The notes under the pieces were generated by a model, which did no database searches, had not been told where the DNA came from, and saw only the letters and a program-made list of their open reading frames with translations. Positions 8,775 through 18,116 of a stretch of 32,000 nucleotides of DNA are shown here, piece by piece. The stretch spans positions 60,001-92,000 of the forward strand of contig NC_014735.1 of assembly GCF_000172995.2 (NCBI RefSeq), written 5' to 3'. The translations under genes and the position numbers were made by a program. The stretch is from Halogeometricum borinquense DSM 11551. GTDB taxonomy: Archaea > Halobacteriota > Halobacteria > Halobacteriales > Haloferacaceae. Position 1 is the first letter of the stretch; each line of letters begins with the position of its first letter.

Positions 8775-10376
8775 ATGAGCGACAATTCAGCAACTCAGTC
8801 AGTGGATCCGGCGGAACGTGACGCCTACTTCGTGGGTGGGGGAATCGCATCGCTCGCCGGAGCAGCCTTCCTCGTCCGTGACGCTGGTGTTCCCGGAGAG
8901 AACATCCATATTCTCGAAAAACTCGACGTGATGGGTGGTGCCCTCGACGGCAGTGGCACGCCGGAGGACGGGTACGTCATCCGTGGCGGTCGAATGTTCA
9001 ACTACCCGACCTACGAGTGTACTTGGGACCTGTTAGAGTCGGTTCCGTCACTCGAAGACCCCGACAGGTCGATCAAGGCCGTCATGGACGAGTTCAACGA
9101 GCGGTACGAGTCCTACGCCGAAACGAGGTTGATGGACGAAGAACAGGAGATTCTCGATGCCTCCTCGTACGACTTCGAGATGGAGCATCGACTGTCGCTG
9201 TTGCAGTTAGCGCTCACACCCGAACGGAAACTAGGTGATACGACGATTGAGGAGTGGTTCTCGGAGTCGTTCTTCGATACGACGTTCTGGTATCTGTGGG
9301 CCACGACGTTCGCGTTCCAACCGTGGCACAGCGTAGTCGAGATGCGGCGGTACATGCACCGCTTCATGCACGAGTTCCCCCGACTCGACACACTCGAAGG
9401 AGTTGATCGAACGAAGTACAACCAGTACGACTCCATCGTTCGCCCCCTCGTTCAATGGCTGAAAGAACGCGATGTCGAGTTCCGCGGTGGCTGTGAGGTG
9501 ACTGCTCTCGATATCACGTCCATGCGCGGAGGGAAGACGGTCGAGGCAATTCACTACGAATCCGACGAGACGCCGAACACGATTGATGTTGCACCAAGCG
9601 ACCTCGTGTTCGTCACGAACGGCTCGATGACCGACGGCTCCAGTCTCGGATCGATGGACGAAGCGCCAACGCTGGACACGACGGGTGCGTCATTCGAGTT
9701 GTGGAAATCCATTGTCGAAGACCATCCGGAGTTCGGCAACCCGTCGGCATTCGCGGATCACGTCCAAGAGACGAAGTGGGAGTCGTTCACCGTCACGCTC
9801 GACGAACCTGACCTGCTCGAATACATAATCGAGGTTACGAGAGAGGAGCCGGGGAACGGGTTGGTCACGTTCACCGACTCGAACTGGCTCATGTCTATCG
9901 TCGTCGCCGGTCAGCCGCACTTTGCGAACCAGCCCGAAGACGTGAAGGTGTTCTGGGGGTACGGTCTCTTCCCCGAAGCGAAGGGCAACTACATCGAAAA
10001 GCGCATGGAAGACTGCACTGGCGAGGAAATTCTCGAAGAACTCTGTTATCACCTCGGTTGCAGCGACCGGTCGTCGTCGTTCATCGAATCTGCGACGTGC
10101 ATCCCCTGCATGATGCCGTTCATCACGAGTCAGTTCATGCCGAGAACGCCCGGGGACCGACCAGACGTCGTTCCCGCGAGATCGAACAATCTCGCATTCC
10201 TCGGTCAGTTCGCCGAACTCCCCAACGATGTTGTATTCACCGTGGAATACTCGGTCCGTTCTGCGATGGTCGCCGTCTACGACCTCCTCGATATCGAGCG
10301 AGACGTTCCCAAGATAAGCGCCCATCAGTACGAACCTGAAGTGCTGATGGATGTTGCGCAAGCGTCGTTCAGATAA
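8775..10376 (+). CDS. oleate hydratase (MCRA family, FAD-dependent)
   Basis: N-terminal dinucleotide-binding motif YFVGGGIASLAGAAFLVRD, then GGALDG and GYVIRGGRMF, characteristic of MCRA/oleate hydratases. An alternative GTG start lies at 8763. Confidence 0.8.
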   Translation: MSDNSATQSVDPAERDAYFVGGGIASLAGAAFLVRDAGVPGENIHILEKLDVMGGALDGSGTPEDGYVIRGGRMFNYPTYECTWDLLESVPSLEDPDRSIKAVMDEFNERYESYAETRLMDEEQEILDASSYDFEMEHRLSLLQLALTPERKLGDTTIEEWFSESFFDTTFWYLWATTFAFQPWHSVVEMRRYMHRFMHEFPRLDTLEGVDRTKYNQYDSIVRPLVQWLKERDVEFRGGCEVTALDITSMRGGKTVEAIHYESDETPNTIDVAPSDLVFVTNGSMTDGSSLGSMDEAPTLDTTGASFELWKSIVEDHPEFGNPSAFADHVQETKWESFTVTLDEPDLLEYIIEVTREEPGNGLVTFTDSNWLMSIVVAGQPHFANQPEDVKVFWGYGLFPEAKGNYIEKRMEDCTGEEILEELCYHLGCSDRSSSFIESATCIPCMMPFITSQFMPRTPGDRPDVVPARSNNLAFLGQFAELPNDVVFTVEYSVRSAMVAVYDLLDIERDVPKISAHQYEPEVLMDVAQASFR

Positions 10377-10397
10377 TACATCGCTGCGCTGCTGTAC

Positions 10398-10404
10398 TTT
10401 TTTT
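10398..10404 (+). terminator. oligo-T terminator candidate after the oleate hydratase gene
   Basis: Run of 7 T starting 22 nt after the TAA stop at 10374-10376. Archaeal termination commonly uses oligo-T tracts. Confidence 0.45.
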
Positions 10405-10568
10405 ACGGTGAGAAGCCGAGAGCGAGTTGGCCAGAAATGCGTCCGAAACTAACGGAAACCACCTGGTTTTACAACCAAGTTATCATAGGTCGAACATCTA
10501 ATGTCAGCACCACAGATTGGGCCTTGCGTGTGAAATCGCCCGGATAAAGTTCAACTACATAAGATAAA

Positions 10569-10577
10569 CTTATATTT
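10569..10577 (+). promoter_or_regulatory. TATA-box candidate for a leaderless PadR transcript
   Basis: cttatattt is centred about 27 nt upstream of the ATG at 10600, which is the spacing expected for a leaderless haloarchaeal mRNA. Confidence 0.4.
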
Positions 10578-10599
10578 CCGGAGTAGTCAGATTCATTGA

Positions 10600-10875
10600 A
10601 TGTACGATCTCACTGGATTCCAACGGGACTTGCTGATGGTCATCGCCGGCCTCGACGAACCGCACGGGCTCGCAGTCAAAGACGAACTCGAAGAGTATTA
10701 CGAGACGAAGATTCACCACGGACGGCTGTATCCCAACCTTGACACGCTCGTCGAAAAGGGGTTGATAGAGAAAGGAACAATCGACCAGCGGACAAATTAT
10801 TATACGACCACCCGAAGAGGTCGCCGCGAAATCAACGCCCGTCAGGAGTGGGAAGAGCGATATCTCAACGCTTGA
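10600..10875 (+). CDS. PadR family transcriptional regulator
   Basis: 91 aa. LTGFQRDLLMVIAGLDEPHGLAVKDELEEYYETKIHHGRLYPNLDTLVEKGLIEK matches the PadR winged-helix pattern (..GY.I...L.......G.LYP.L..L...GLI). Confidence 0.85.
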   Translation: MYDLTGFQRDLLMVIAGLDEPHGLAVKDELEEYYETKIHHGRLYPNLDTLVEKGLIEKGTIDQRTNYYTTTRRGRREINARQEWEERYLNA

Positions 10876-10962
10876 AGCGTATCAAACCGAAGAGAACGCT
10901 CTTCATTCACTCAGCTGTGTAACTCAGTCCCGGCAGTTCGAGTCTAGCTGTGAGTAGATTCG

Positions 10963-12279
10963 TTATGCCAGCGAGTCCGCCTGTTCCTCGATAGTTGCCT
11001 CGGTCTCGGGTACAACGTCGCCAAGTATCCATACTGCACCGCCGACCACGAGGAACAGGCCGCCGAGTGCTGCCATCGCTACAGTCGCCGTGGTTGCATC
11101 GGCCACAATCCCAGCCGAAAGCGCCAGCGGTGTCCGAAGCGTCATGTAGAACATTGAGACCGCAGAAAGTAGCGTCGCCCGTCCGACCCCTTCGATGTGG
11201 TCGTTAATGTACCCGTTCGCGATTGGCTGGACTAACGGCATTGCAGTCCGCATCGACGCAAACGTCGGAAGCGCCAGCAGTGCAACCCACAAAGGAACGA
11301 TAAGCGCAATAGCCGTGATAGCCGGTACGAGCAACACAGCACGGCGTATTCCAAGGCGGTCCTCAACTGCGCCGGCGTAATAGCCGCCCACGGAGGACAC
11401 CGCAGTGAGGGAAGCGTACATTGCGCCAAGCCCGAGCGCCATCGTCGCACCCGCATCACCCGAACGGGCCGCCGCAGTCGCATCGCCTGTAACCATCTGG
11501 ACGCCAAAACCGGTAGCGTACGGAGCCAGTGTCTCGACCGCCATCGGTTGTACATACGTGTGAGAAACACCGACGACTGCGTAGAACAGTCCGACGTACA
11601 CCACTAGTGACCGCAATGGTGGTTTCGTCAGATACCCGCGGACAACAGTAAATGCCTCCAGCAGGCCAAGACGGTCTACGTTCGCATCACCGCAACCAGC
11701 ATATTGGCGATTCTTCGGGAGTGAAAGCAGCGTAATGAAACCGAGACTGTTGAATGCGACTGCGGCGACAAAGGGGTACGTTGGGTGTAGCCCATACAGA
11801 AGACCGCCTACAACCATCGATACCGCCGCCGTCCAGTTCTGCACAGCGTCTCCTCGCCCCCTGACATGGCTGAACCGGCCCGAATCGAGTCGCTCGTCGA
11901 GTATATCGTACAGCCACGCATCCATACTGCCCGAGCGGAACGTCAACGCCAGTGCCCACAGTGCATATAGGAACGCATACCAGAGGAATCCCTTGACGAC
12001 GACGAACCCCACCAACGACCCGATGGTAAACGCCACACTGAGCAGGAGGCTGGCCCGCCGTCCCAGTCGGTCGCCAACGTATCCAGTCGGTATTTCGCCA
12101 CCGACCGAAAACACCGAATACAGTGCTGACAGCGTTCCGACCTGCGTAAACGTCAGGGACCGCAGGAGAAACAGGGTGAAGATTGGCGTGATAAACCCGA
12201 CCGACAGCGTGGCGCGGTAGAGGTAATACCGGCGTATCAACGCCCGGTCGGACTGCGGAGGGAACATACAGAACCCCAT
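10963..12279 (-). CDS. MFS transporter
   Basis: 438 aa, about 12 hydrophobic helices. MFS motif A-like GYVGDRLGRRASLLLS between TM2 and TM3. Confidence 0.85.
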   Translation of the reverse strand: MGFCMFPPQSDRALIRRYYLYRATLSVGFITPIFTLFLLRSLTFTQVGTLSALYSVFSVGGEIPTGYVGDRLGRRASLLLSVAFTIGSLVGFVVVKGFLWYAFLYALWALALTFRSGSMDAWLYDILDERLDSGRFSHVRGRGDAVQNWTAAVSMVVGGLLYGLHPTYPFVAAVAFNSLGFITLLSLPKNRQYAGCGDANVDRLGLLEAFTVVRGYLTKPPLRSLVVYVGLFYAVVGVSHTYVQPMAVETLAPYATGFGVQMVTGDATAAARSGDAGATMALGLGAMYASLTAVSSVGGYYAGAVEDRLGIRRAVLLVPAITAIALIVPLWVALLALPTFASMRTAMPLVQPIANGYINDHIEGVGRATLLSAVSMFYMTLRTPLALSAGIVADATTATVAMAALGGLFLVVGGAVWILGDVVPETEATIEEQADSLA

Positions 12280-12368
12280 ACGTCTGACAACTAAAACGCT
12301 CGCTGAATTCGGTTTTTGTATGAATTACGAGTAATGAACGACAGCCAGCGGTGCCGTTGAGGGTCGCC

Positions 12369-15212
12369 TTACAGCACCGCTCTCGTCAACTCGGCTATGT
12401 CCGCTTTCGACAACGGGTTGATATCGACACGCGTCGCCTCGGCCGTGTAGAAGATGGCGGCGGTCACATCGCGTTCGGGAAAACACTCGTGCAAGACGTG
12501 ATAGTACACGCTGAGTTGCTTCCGATATTCGGCCTCTGCGTGCCGTCCGCGATCTGTTTTGAAATCGATGATTTCGACAGTGTCAGGGAGAATATGAACG
12601 AGGTCAACCACACCTGAGATAGTCACTCGTTCACCATCGACGGTAAGCGGGAGATACACGTCCTCTTCGACCCGTATCTCACCGTCAAGTGAGTCGATCA
12701 GGGTCTTGAGATGAGACTCATCGTCGTTACCTTTCGACGGTTCAACATCCGCTCCGAGTGCGTACCGTTCGGCGAACTCGTGGACCTGTGTTCCGAACTC
12801 AGTTCCCCTTCCGCCTGCAACATCCTCGAACACGTCGTCACGCATCAACGTGTGTGGTGAGTGCCCGACCGGTCCCGCAGGTGTCGGCACCGAGATCTGC
12901 AGGTTCGCCTGTGTCGTCTCGCTACGGTCGTCTGCTTCGACCTCGGGAGTGATTTCTTCGACAGCAACCGGCAGTTCCTCGAAGAACGTGTTCGGATTCT
13001 CGCCTGCCGAAAAGACCAGATGGCTCTCCGCACGAGTCATCGAGACATAGAGCAAGCGTCGCTCCTCGTCGTACCCACGCGGCAAGCAGGTTCGGAGCAC
13101 GTCAGTCCGCCAGTTATCGTGGATATGCGGGTAGCCGTAGTCGTCAGCGTAGCGTTTCCGCTGACGGAGACCGATGGGGTCATCGAACGTGATCGTGTTA
13201 CTGTTCCCGCCGGACGGCGGGAAACGATGGCTGTTCATGTTCACAAGGATGACGATGGGATGTTCGAGACCCTTAGCCGCGTGAATCGTCTGGACAGTTA
13301 CTGAGTTCACCCCGGCGCTCGCGTGAACCTCCTGCGTGCTTCCGTTTTCGATGCCGCGTTCGATAAACTGGATGAGGTCACCACGCGTTACCGTCGTCGC
13401 GCTGTGTATCGATTGAACCGTCGTCAACAACACGTCAGCGTGCGCCCCATCGTAGTTATATCGGGAGAAGACGCGCTGTGCAACCCCGCCGATGGTCTCA
13501 AGCTCCGCCAACTCGGTCTTGAACGCCTGCATGTTATCGGGGTAGCGCTCGGTATCGAGGATGTACTCGATCTCGTCCAGTGTGTAGCCTGCCTCTTCGA
13601 GGACGACCGCCCACCCGCGCTCGGAATCGGCGTCGAGAATGCGAAGCCACGCCAATAGAAGCTTCGCGGGATCAGAGCGGAACAACTCAATTCCCCCCTC
13701 GTACGACATCGGCAGTCCGTACTCCGCCGCGGCCGACAGTAGTTCGCGCCCGAAGTCCCGTGTCCGGGTGAGAACTGCAACGTCTCCGTACTCGGGCGGT
13801 CGAAGCTCACCGTCTTCTTCGACCTGATAGTCCTCGTTCCCCGCGATTTCCTGAATCTTCGTCAAGATGGCTTCGTGTTCGTCCTCGTGCTGAATCGCCT
13901 CGATATTCGAGTTCTCGCAGGGCGTGTTCGCGGAGAGCGACACGATTCGGTCTTGGACCTCTTCGACATCGACCTTGTCTGTACTCGCGGCGGGCGTCAC
14001 CAAACTGTGTTCGGAGAAGTCCAAGATAGCCTGCGTCGAACGGTAGTTCTCGACTAGTTCGATGTCTGTGATAGGGCGAGTCGCCCACGACACTCGTTCG
14101 CCGTCCTCGTTCAGTTCCGCGACGAACCGATCCAGTCGAGACTCGAACTCGGTAATATTCTCGACCGCGGCGTACTGGAACGAGTAGATGCTCTGCTTCC
14201 AGTCACCGACGACACAGAGGTTGTTCGTGTCCGCGAGCAAGAGTGCGAGTTTGAACTGGATCTCGCTTGAGTCCTGAAACTCGTCGATCATCACGTACTC
14301 GAAGGCGACATCGTCGCGGAGGCTGTGGTCGTCACAGAGGAGGACGAAGGCAAACAACTGGAGAAAGCCGAAGTTGAGGTAATTCCGGCTCAGCGCGAAT
14401 TCGAGATACTCGAAATACACGTCGTGAACGAACTGCTTGAGGTCCGCTCGGTCCTCCTCGAACGCCCGACGTGCAACGTCGGCAGGGACCTGTTTCTCCC
14501 CCCGGCCACCACGGATTGTCGATTTGTCGGGAGCGTCCGGGAGATAACATTTGTTCCGCCCGTAGCGGCTAAGCTTCGAACGAAGCCGCGACTGTTTGCT
14601 GCCCCCGTTTCGCGGTTGATTCAACTCGTCGAACAGTTCGCTGAACGCCTCGAAATCACCGTCCAGATGGCGTTCGCCGTTTCGGTACCAGCCATCGGCC
14701 GTTGGAAAGACGCCTTTTGATGCGAGCTGTGTGAGTAATCCGAGGAGTTCGACCGGGTCTTCGATAGCACGGAAGAAGTCGTCATACGCAGCGTGGTCGT
14801 CGCTGAACCGGCGGATGAACTCACGGAACTGCGCTTTCTCGACAGTCTCGTCCTCAAGGATACGCGTCGAACCAGTAATTCGGTCGTCGATGCCGAGGTG
14901 CGTCGGTGCCTCGAACCCATGTTCCATGAGCAGGTCGTGACAGAGACTATGGAACGTCTGAATCGGAGCGTCAGAGAGTTCCCGCATCCCGTAGCCGCAG
15001 TGGGAAACGATCCGGTCTTTCATCTCGGTCGCCGCGTTATTCGTGAACGTCACGAGGAGGACGTCCGCCGGTGCAACCTCGTCCTGATCGACAATCTCCG
15101 CGTACCGGCGGGTGACAGTGAAGGTCTTCCCCGTTCCGGCACCGGCGTCAACGACGTGAATGCCGTCAGTACTGTCGATCAGGTCCTGTTGATGGTCGTT
15201 CGGTTGGGTCAT
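12369..15212 (-). CDS. UvrD/Rep-family SF1 helicase fused to a RecB-type PD-(D/E)XK nuclease (AddA-like)
   Basis: Helicase motifs occur in order: AGAGTGKT (I), VTFTNNAA (Ia), MIDEFQDSS (II), VVGDWKQSIYSFQYA (III), VENYRST (IV), TIHAAKGLEHPIV (V), YVSMTRAESHL (VI). The C-terminal nuclease motifs are GVVDLV, EIIDFKTD and QLSVYY. Confidence 0.9.
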   Translation of the reverse strand: MTQPNDHQQDLIDSTDGIHVVDAGAGTGKTFTVTRRYAEIVDQDEVAPADVLLVTFTNNAATEMKDRIVSHCGYGMRELSDAPIQTFHSLCHDLLMEHGFEAPTHLGIDDRITGSTRILEDETVEKAQFREFIRRFSDDHAAYDDFFRAIEDPVELLGLLTQLASKGVFPTADGWYRNGERHLDGDFEAFSELFDELNQPRNGGSKQSRLRSKLSRYGRNKCYLPDAPDKSTIRGGRGEKQVPADVARRAFEEDRADLKQFVHDVYFEYLEFALSRNYLNFGFLQLFAFVLLCDDHSLRDDVAFEYVMIDEFQDSSEIQFKLALLLADTNNLCVVGDWKQSIYSFQYAAVENITEFESRLDRFVAELNEDGERVSWATRPITDIELVENYRSTQAILDFSEHSLVTPAASTDKVDVEEVQDRIVSLSANTPCENSNIEAIQHEDEHEAILTKIQEIAGNEDYQVEEDGELRPPEYGDVAVLTRTRDFGRELLSAAAEYGLPMSYEGGIELFRSDPAKLLLAWLRILDADSERGWAVVLEEAGYTLDEIEYILDTERYPDNMQAFKTELAELETIGGVAQRVFSRYNYDGAHADVLLTTVQSIHSATTVTRGDLIQFIERGIENGSTQEVHASAGVNSVTVQTIHAAKGLEHPIVILVNMNSHRFPPSGGNSNTITFDDPIGLRQRKRYADDYGYPHIHDNWRTDVLRTCLPRGYDEERRLLYVSMTRAESHLVFSAGENPNTFFEELPVAVEEITPEVEADDRSETTQANLQISVPTPAGPVGHSPHTLMRDDVFEDVAGGRGTEFGTQVHEFAERYALGADVEPSKGNDDESHLKTLIDSLDGEIRVEEDVYLPLTVDGERVTISGVVDLVHILPDTVEIIDFKTDRGRHAEAEYRKQLSVYYHVLHECFPERDVTAAIFYTAEATRVDINPLSKADIAELTRAVL

Positions 15213-17797
15213 CGTGATTCCTCCTCCAGAATGCAGTCTCGGTTATCCACGTACCGATAGTTCGGATCGCCGCCGAGTCCCCCAACTGGGAACCGTTCGT
15301 CACCGGCGCGGCGAGCGTTCAACTCTTCGAGTCGTTCTTGCACGAACTGTTCGAAGGCGTCTACATCGTCTGCGAAGTAGTTCTTGTTTCGAATCCGAAG
15401 CACGTGTCTGAGCGCCTGCTTACAGCCGTTTTTTACGTATTTGTAGTCACCGACGTTCTCCTTCATCCGCGCTGTCAGCGCGTGCCCGAACTCGGAGTCG
15501 ATGAGTTCGTCGCTATCACGCGTCTGTGGGAGTTCGTGCGTCTCGAAAATCGCACGATACTCCTCGTACTCCGTTTTCGAGAACGTCTTGTTGCAGTCGT
15601 TCGCGGCCTCCGATTTCAGTTCGTTGAAGACGGCCTCTGTCGCAACGTACTCCGCGAAGGTGTGCGGATAGTACGTCACCGTCGTCAGGCAGTCGTCCAG
15701 AGAGGCCTCACCAGCGACGATGTCATCAAGCGTTTCGAGGAAGTGAAAGAACGTGAATTGGAGTTCCTGGTCTGGCTGTACGGTACGCTGGTGAGCGAGG
15801 TACAGCAGTGCTTGGAAGTTTGGCTTGTCGCTCGGTGGGTCGAGCGCCGAATGTTTGACTATCGAGTGCGCAGACTTCTTCGACCCGCTCTTGTAGTCGA
15901 GAAGATGCGTCGAGTCGTGAACGAGGTCGATTTTGCCTTTCAGACCGAGGTCGCTGTTCTCGAACCACCGTTCCGTGTGGGGTGTGTCAATGGGGCGGTC
16001 GTAGTACTCGGCGAAGAAATTCCGTCCCCAGCCGTCGTTTCCGGCAACGAACTCGTCGCCGTGGGGTGGGTTCGTGTCCAAGAACTCGACGATAGTCTGG
16101 AGTCCGAGACGGTACTTGGTGTGTCGGACCTCCCGGTCAACCCCACGGAGGAATGGATCAACTTCATCGAGGATGATCTCCGCAACTTCAGCAAGCGTCT
16201 CGTCCGTGACAGACTCGGGATGAGCGACGTAATACTCCGCAAAGTCGTGAAGCAGATTTCCTTCCCTGAAGTAGTCCTTGTCCGGAGTATCGAGAAGTCG
16301 AGAGAAAAAGTAGTCTCGGGGTGAGTTGACGTAGGTGTTGAGGCTCGACTGGCTGATGGTCGTGACTTCAGCAGCAGCGATGTCGAGTGGTTCCTTCGCA
16401 AAGCCGTCCGCCGTCGTTCGAAACGCGCGTGAGTGTGGAACCGAATCGAGATCGCTGAATCGCTCGAAGGTCTCATCGAACAGTTCCTCGAAATACAGAC
16501 ACGGGGTCACGGGTGTCCCCCCGGCGGTATCCTGTACGAGGTAGTACTGGTCGATACCGTTCTGGAGGAGCAGTTGGAACTGCTGGATGTTGCGCTCGAA
16601 CTCCCGGTCGCGGTCAACCCACGGCCGCCGTGGGGGCGAGTGCGTCCACCCCTCGTCGAGACCGAGGTAAAACACGACAGGCCGGTCAACGTGAGCCGCT
16701 GACTTCGCATCTGCCAACAGCACACCCTCGTTTCCGTGATCGACGGGGATATCGTACGTCTGTACGTAGAATTCGAGTCGGTCAACTGCCTCCTCAGTAA
16801 CGGGGTCGGTCAAGAGACCAAGCGTGGAAAGTTCGTCACGGAACGCATCGAGAACGGTGTCCGCAGCGGATTCGTAAGCATCGAGGGCCGCACTGAACGT
16901 ACCGGTACGAACCTCGTCGTGGAGTTCGAGAAGCCAGTTGGCCGCTTGCTGGTCGCTGTCGTAAAGGCGCTTTTCGTCGTGTTCGATATCGATCGATTTT
17001 CCGAACCGGGTGAGCAACGGCCTAACGTCACTAATTCGGGTCTCCCGTCCGGCATGGGCACTACGGAGAAGTTGCAGAAACGTCCTGTGATGGGGTAGGT
17101 CGTCGAATCCGGGACCGCCGTGGTACGGAATCCCCGCCGCCTCGAATGCGGATTCGATGAGCGACGAGTACTGACTGGCAGCATCGAGGACGACACCGAC
17201 GTCATCGGCGTTTTCCTGAGTGACAGTATCGAGAACTGCATCGACAATCGCGGCCGGAGAGTCAAAGACACGGAACGGCGGGTAGTCGAACGTCTCATCG
17301 GCGAACGGATCGATTGTCTCGTAGTCGGGCGGGAGAATCGAACGTTCGAGTGCGGTAAGTTGCGTTAGTCCGACGACGGCAACTGACGTATCGGCATCGA
17401 TAGTGTACTCGGTGAGTCGGCGGAGGGTTGTGTCCGACTCACTGACGCAGTTAACGACTGTCCGCGTTGCTGCAGTGCGGAACAGTTCGTATTCGAGGAT
17501 TGACTCGGCCGTTCCTTGATACTCCCAGCATTGGTGGATGTTTCCGACCGCATGGGACGCCTCCTTCCAATCGAGGTCGGTCGATTCGATACTTTCGAGA
17601 AACGAAAGTCGGTACTCGTCCTGTTCGCGGCGTTGTGCAGCGAGGCGACGGGGCGTGATCGCAAACGGACCAAAGTGTGGTCGGTCGAGACGCCGATTGA
17701 GTGCGCTCGCCATCGGCGCGTCGGGCACGAGCACAAGGTCAAAGCCCTTGCATTCCTCGTAGAGGGCGTCGATAGATTTCGCTCGTGTGATTGGCAC
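15209..17797 (-). CDS. PD-(D/E)XK nuclease protein with a degenerate helicase-like body (AddB/RexB-like)
   Basis: 862 aa with a GTG start. Its stop overlaps the downstream helicase start (ATGA on the minus strand, 15209-15212). There is no Walker A. VLLADAKSAAHVDRPVVFYLGLDEGW resembles the AddB 2A-domain remnant. The C-terminal nuclease motifs are GKIDLVHD, LLDYKSG and FQALLYL. Confidence 0.75.
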   Translation of the reverse strand: MPITRAKSIDALYEECKGFDLVLVPDAPMASALNRRLDRPHFGPFAITPRRLAAQRREQDEYRLSFLESIESTDLDWKEASHAVGNIHQCWEYQGTAESILEYELFRTAATRTVVNCVSESDTTLRRLTEYTIDADTSVAVVGLTQLTALERSILPPDYETIDPFADETFDYPPFRVFDSPAAIVDAVLDTVTQENADDVGVVLDAASQYSSLIESAFEAAGIPYHGGPGFDDLPHHRTFLQLLRSAHAGRETRISDVRPLLTRFGKSIDIEHDEKRLYDSDQQAANWLLELHDEVRTGTFSAALDAYESAADTVLDAFRDELSTLGLLTDPVTEEAVDRLEFYVQTYDIPVDHGNEGVLLADAKSAAHVDRPVVFYLGLDEGWTHSPPRRPWVDRDREFERNIQQFQLLLQNGIDQYYLVQDTAGGTPVTPCLYFEELFDETFERFSDLDSVPHSRAFRTTADGFAKEPLDIAAAEVTTISQSSLNTYVNSPRDYFFSRLLDTPDKDYFREGNLLHDFAEYYVAHPESVTDETLAEVAEIILDEVDPFLRGVDREVRHTKYRLGLQTIVEFLDTNPPHGDEFVAGNDGWGRNFFAEYYDRPIDTPHTERWFENSDLGLKGKIDLVHDSTHLLDYKSGSKKSAHSIVKHSALDPPSDKPNFQALLYLAHQRTVQPDQELQFTFFHFLETLDDIVAGEASLDDCLTTVTYYPHTFAEYVATEAVFNELKSEAANDCNKTFSKTEYEEYRAIFETHELPQTRDSDELIDSEFGHALTARMKENVGDYKYVKNGCKQALRHVLRIRNKNYFADDVDAFEQFVQERLEELNARRAGDERFPVGGLGGDPNYRYVDNRDCILEEESR

Positions 17798-17821
17798 GGA
17801 GTACGGAACTCAACTTGGTTG

Positions 17822-17828
17822 TAAAAAT
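17822..17828 (-). promoter_or_regulatory. TATA-box candidate for the AddB-like/AddA-like operon
   Basis: The plus-strand taaaaat reads attttta on the minus strand. It is centred about 28 nt upstream of the GTG at 17797 and marks the start of a roughly 320 bp AT-rich spacer. Confidence 0.35.
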
Positions 17829-18116
17829 GTACCGTTGAGAGATATCTGAGAGGGGTGCAGTGGAGTGATAGAAAGGGAGTATGTAACCGGTATACGTAAG
17901 AGACACCAAATATAGAAACAAAAACAGGATATCGAGTGATATACGTAGTGTATTAAGAGAGTAGCACACAGATATATTGGTGAAATGTAGATAACTAGGA
18001 GGATATGAGATCTAAAAACAGTGTATTCACTAGCGGCATATTAAAATGTGAAAACAAACCAAAATATAAAAACAGATCGTATCGAAACCCAATCGAAACT
18101 GCTGTCAAACCGCTAT

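Noticed and set aside
9690-10361. 223-aa minus-strand ORF inside the oleate hydratase gene. The same applies to 21037..21675 in nosZ, 22027..22647 across the 4-TM/nosD junction, and 3924..4454 and 4198..4614 in the DMT gene.
   Set aside because: All are antisense or off-frame shadows of strongly supported genes. None has a recognisable motif.
15338-16324. 328-aa plus-strand ORF inside the AddB-like gene. The same reasoning applies to 14325..14720 and 14793..15260 in the helicase gene.
   Set aside because: They are antisense to CDSs with clear ordered motifs. The Val/Arg-rich translations are typical of the reverse complement of an acidic protein.
12369-17797. Calling the helicase-nuclease locus a mobile or defence island.
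   Set aside because: No integrase, transposase, tRNA attachment site, flanking direct repeats or neighbouring known defence genes are visible. Only an AT-rich upstream block supports acquisition, so it is reported as AddAB-like with the defence role left as a hypothesis.
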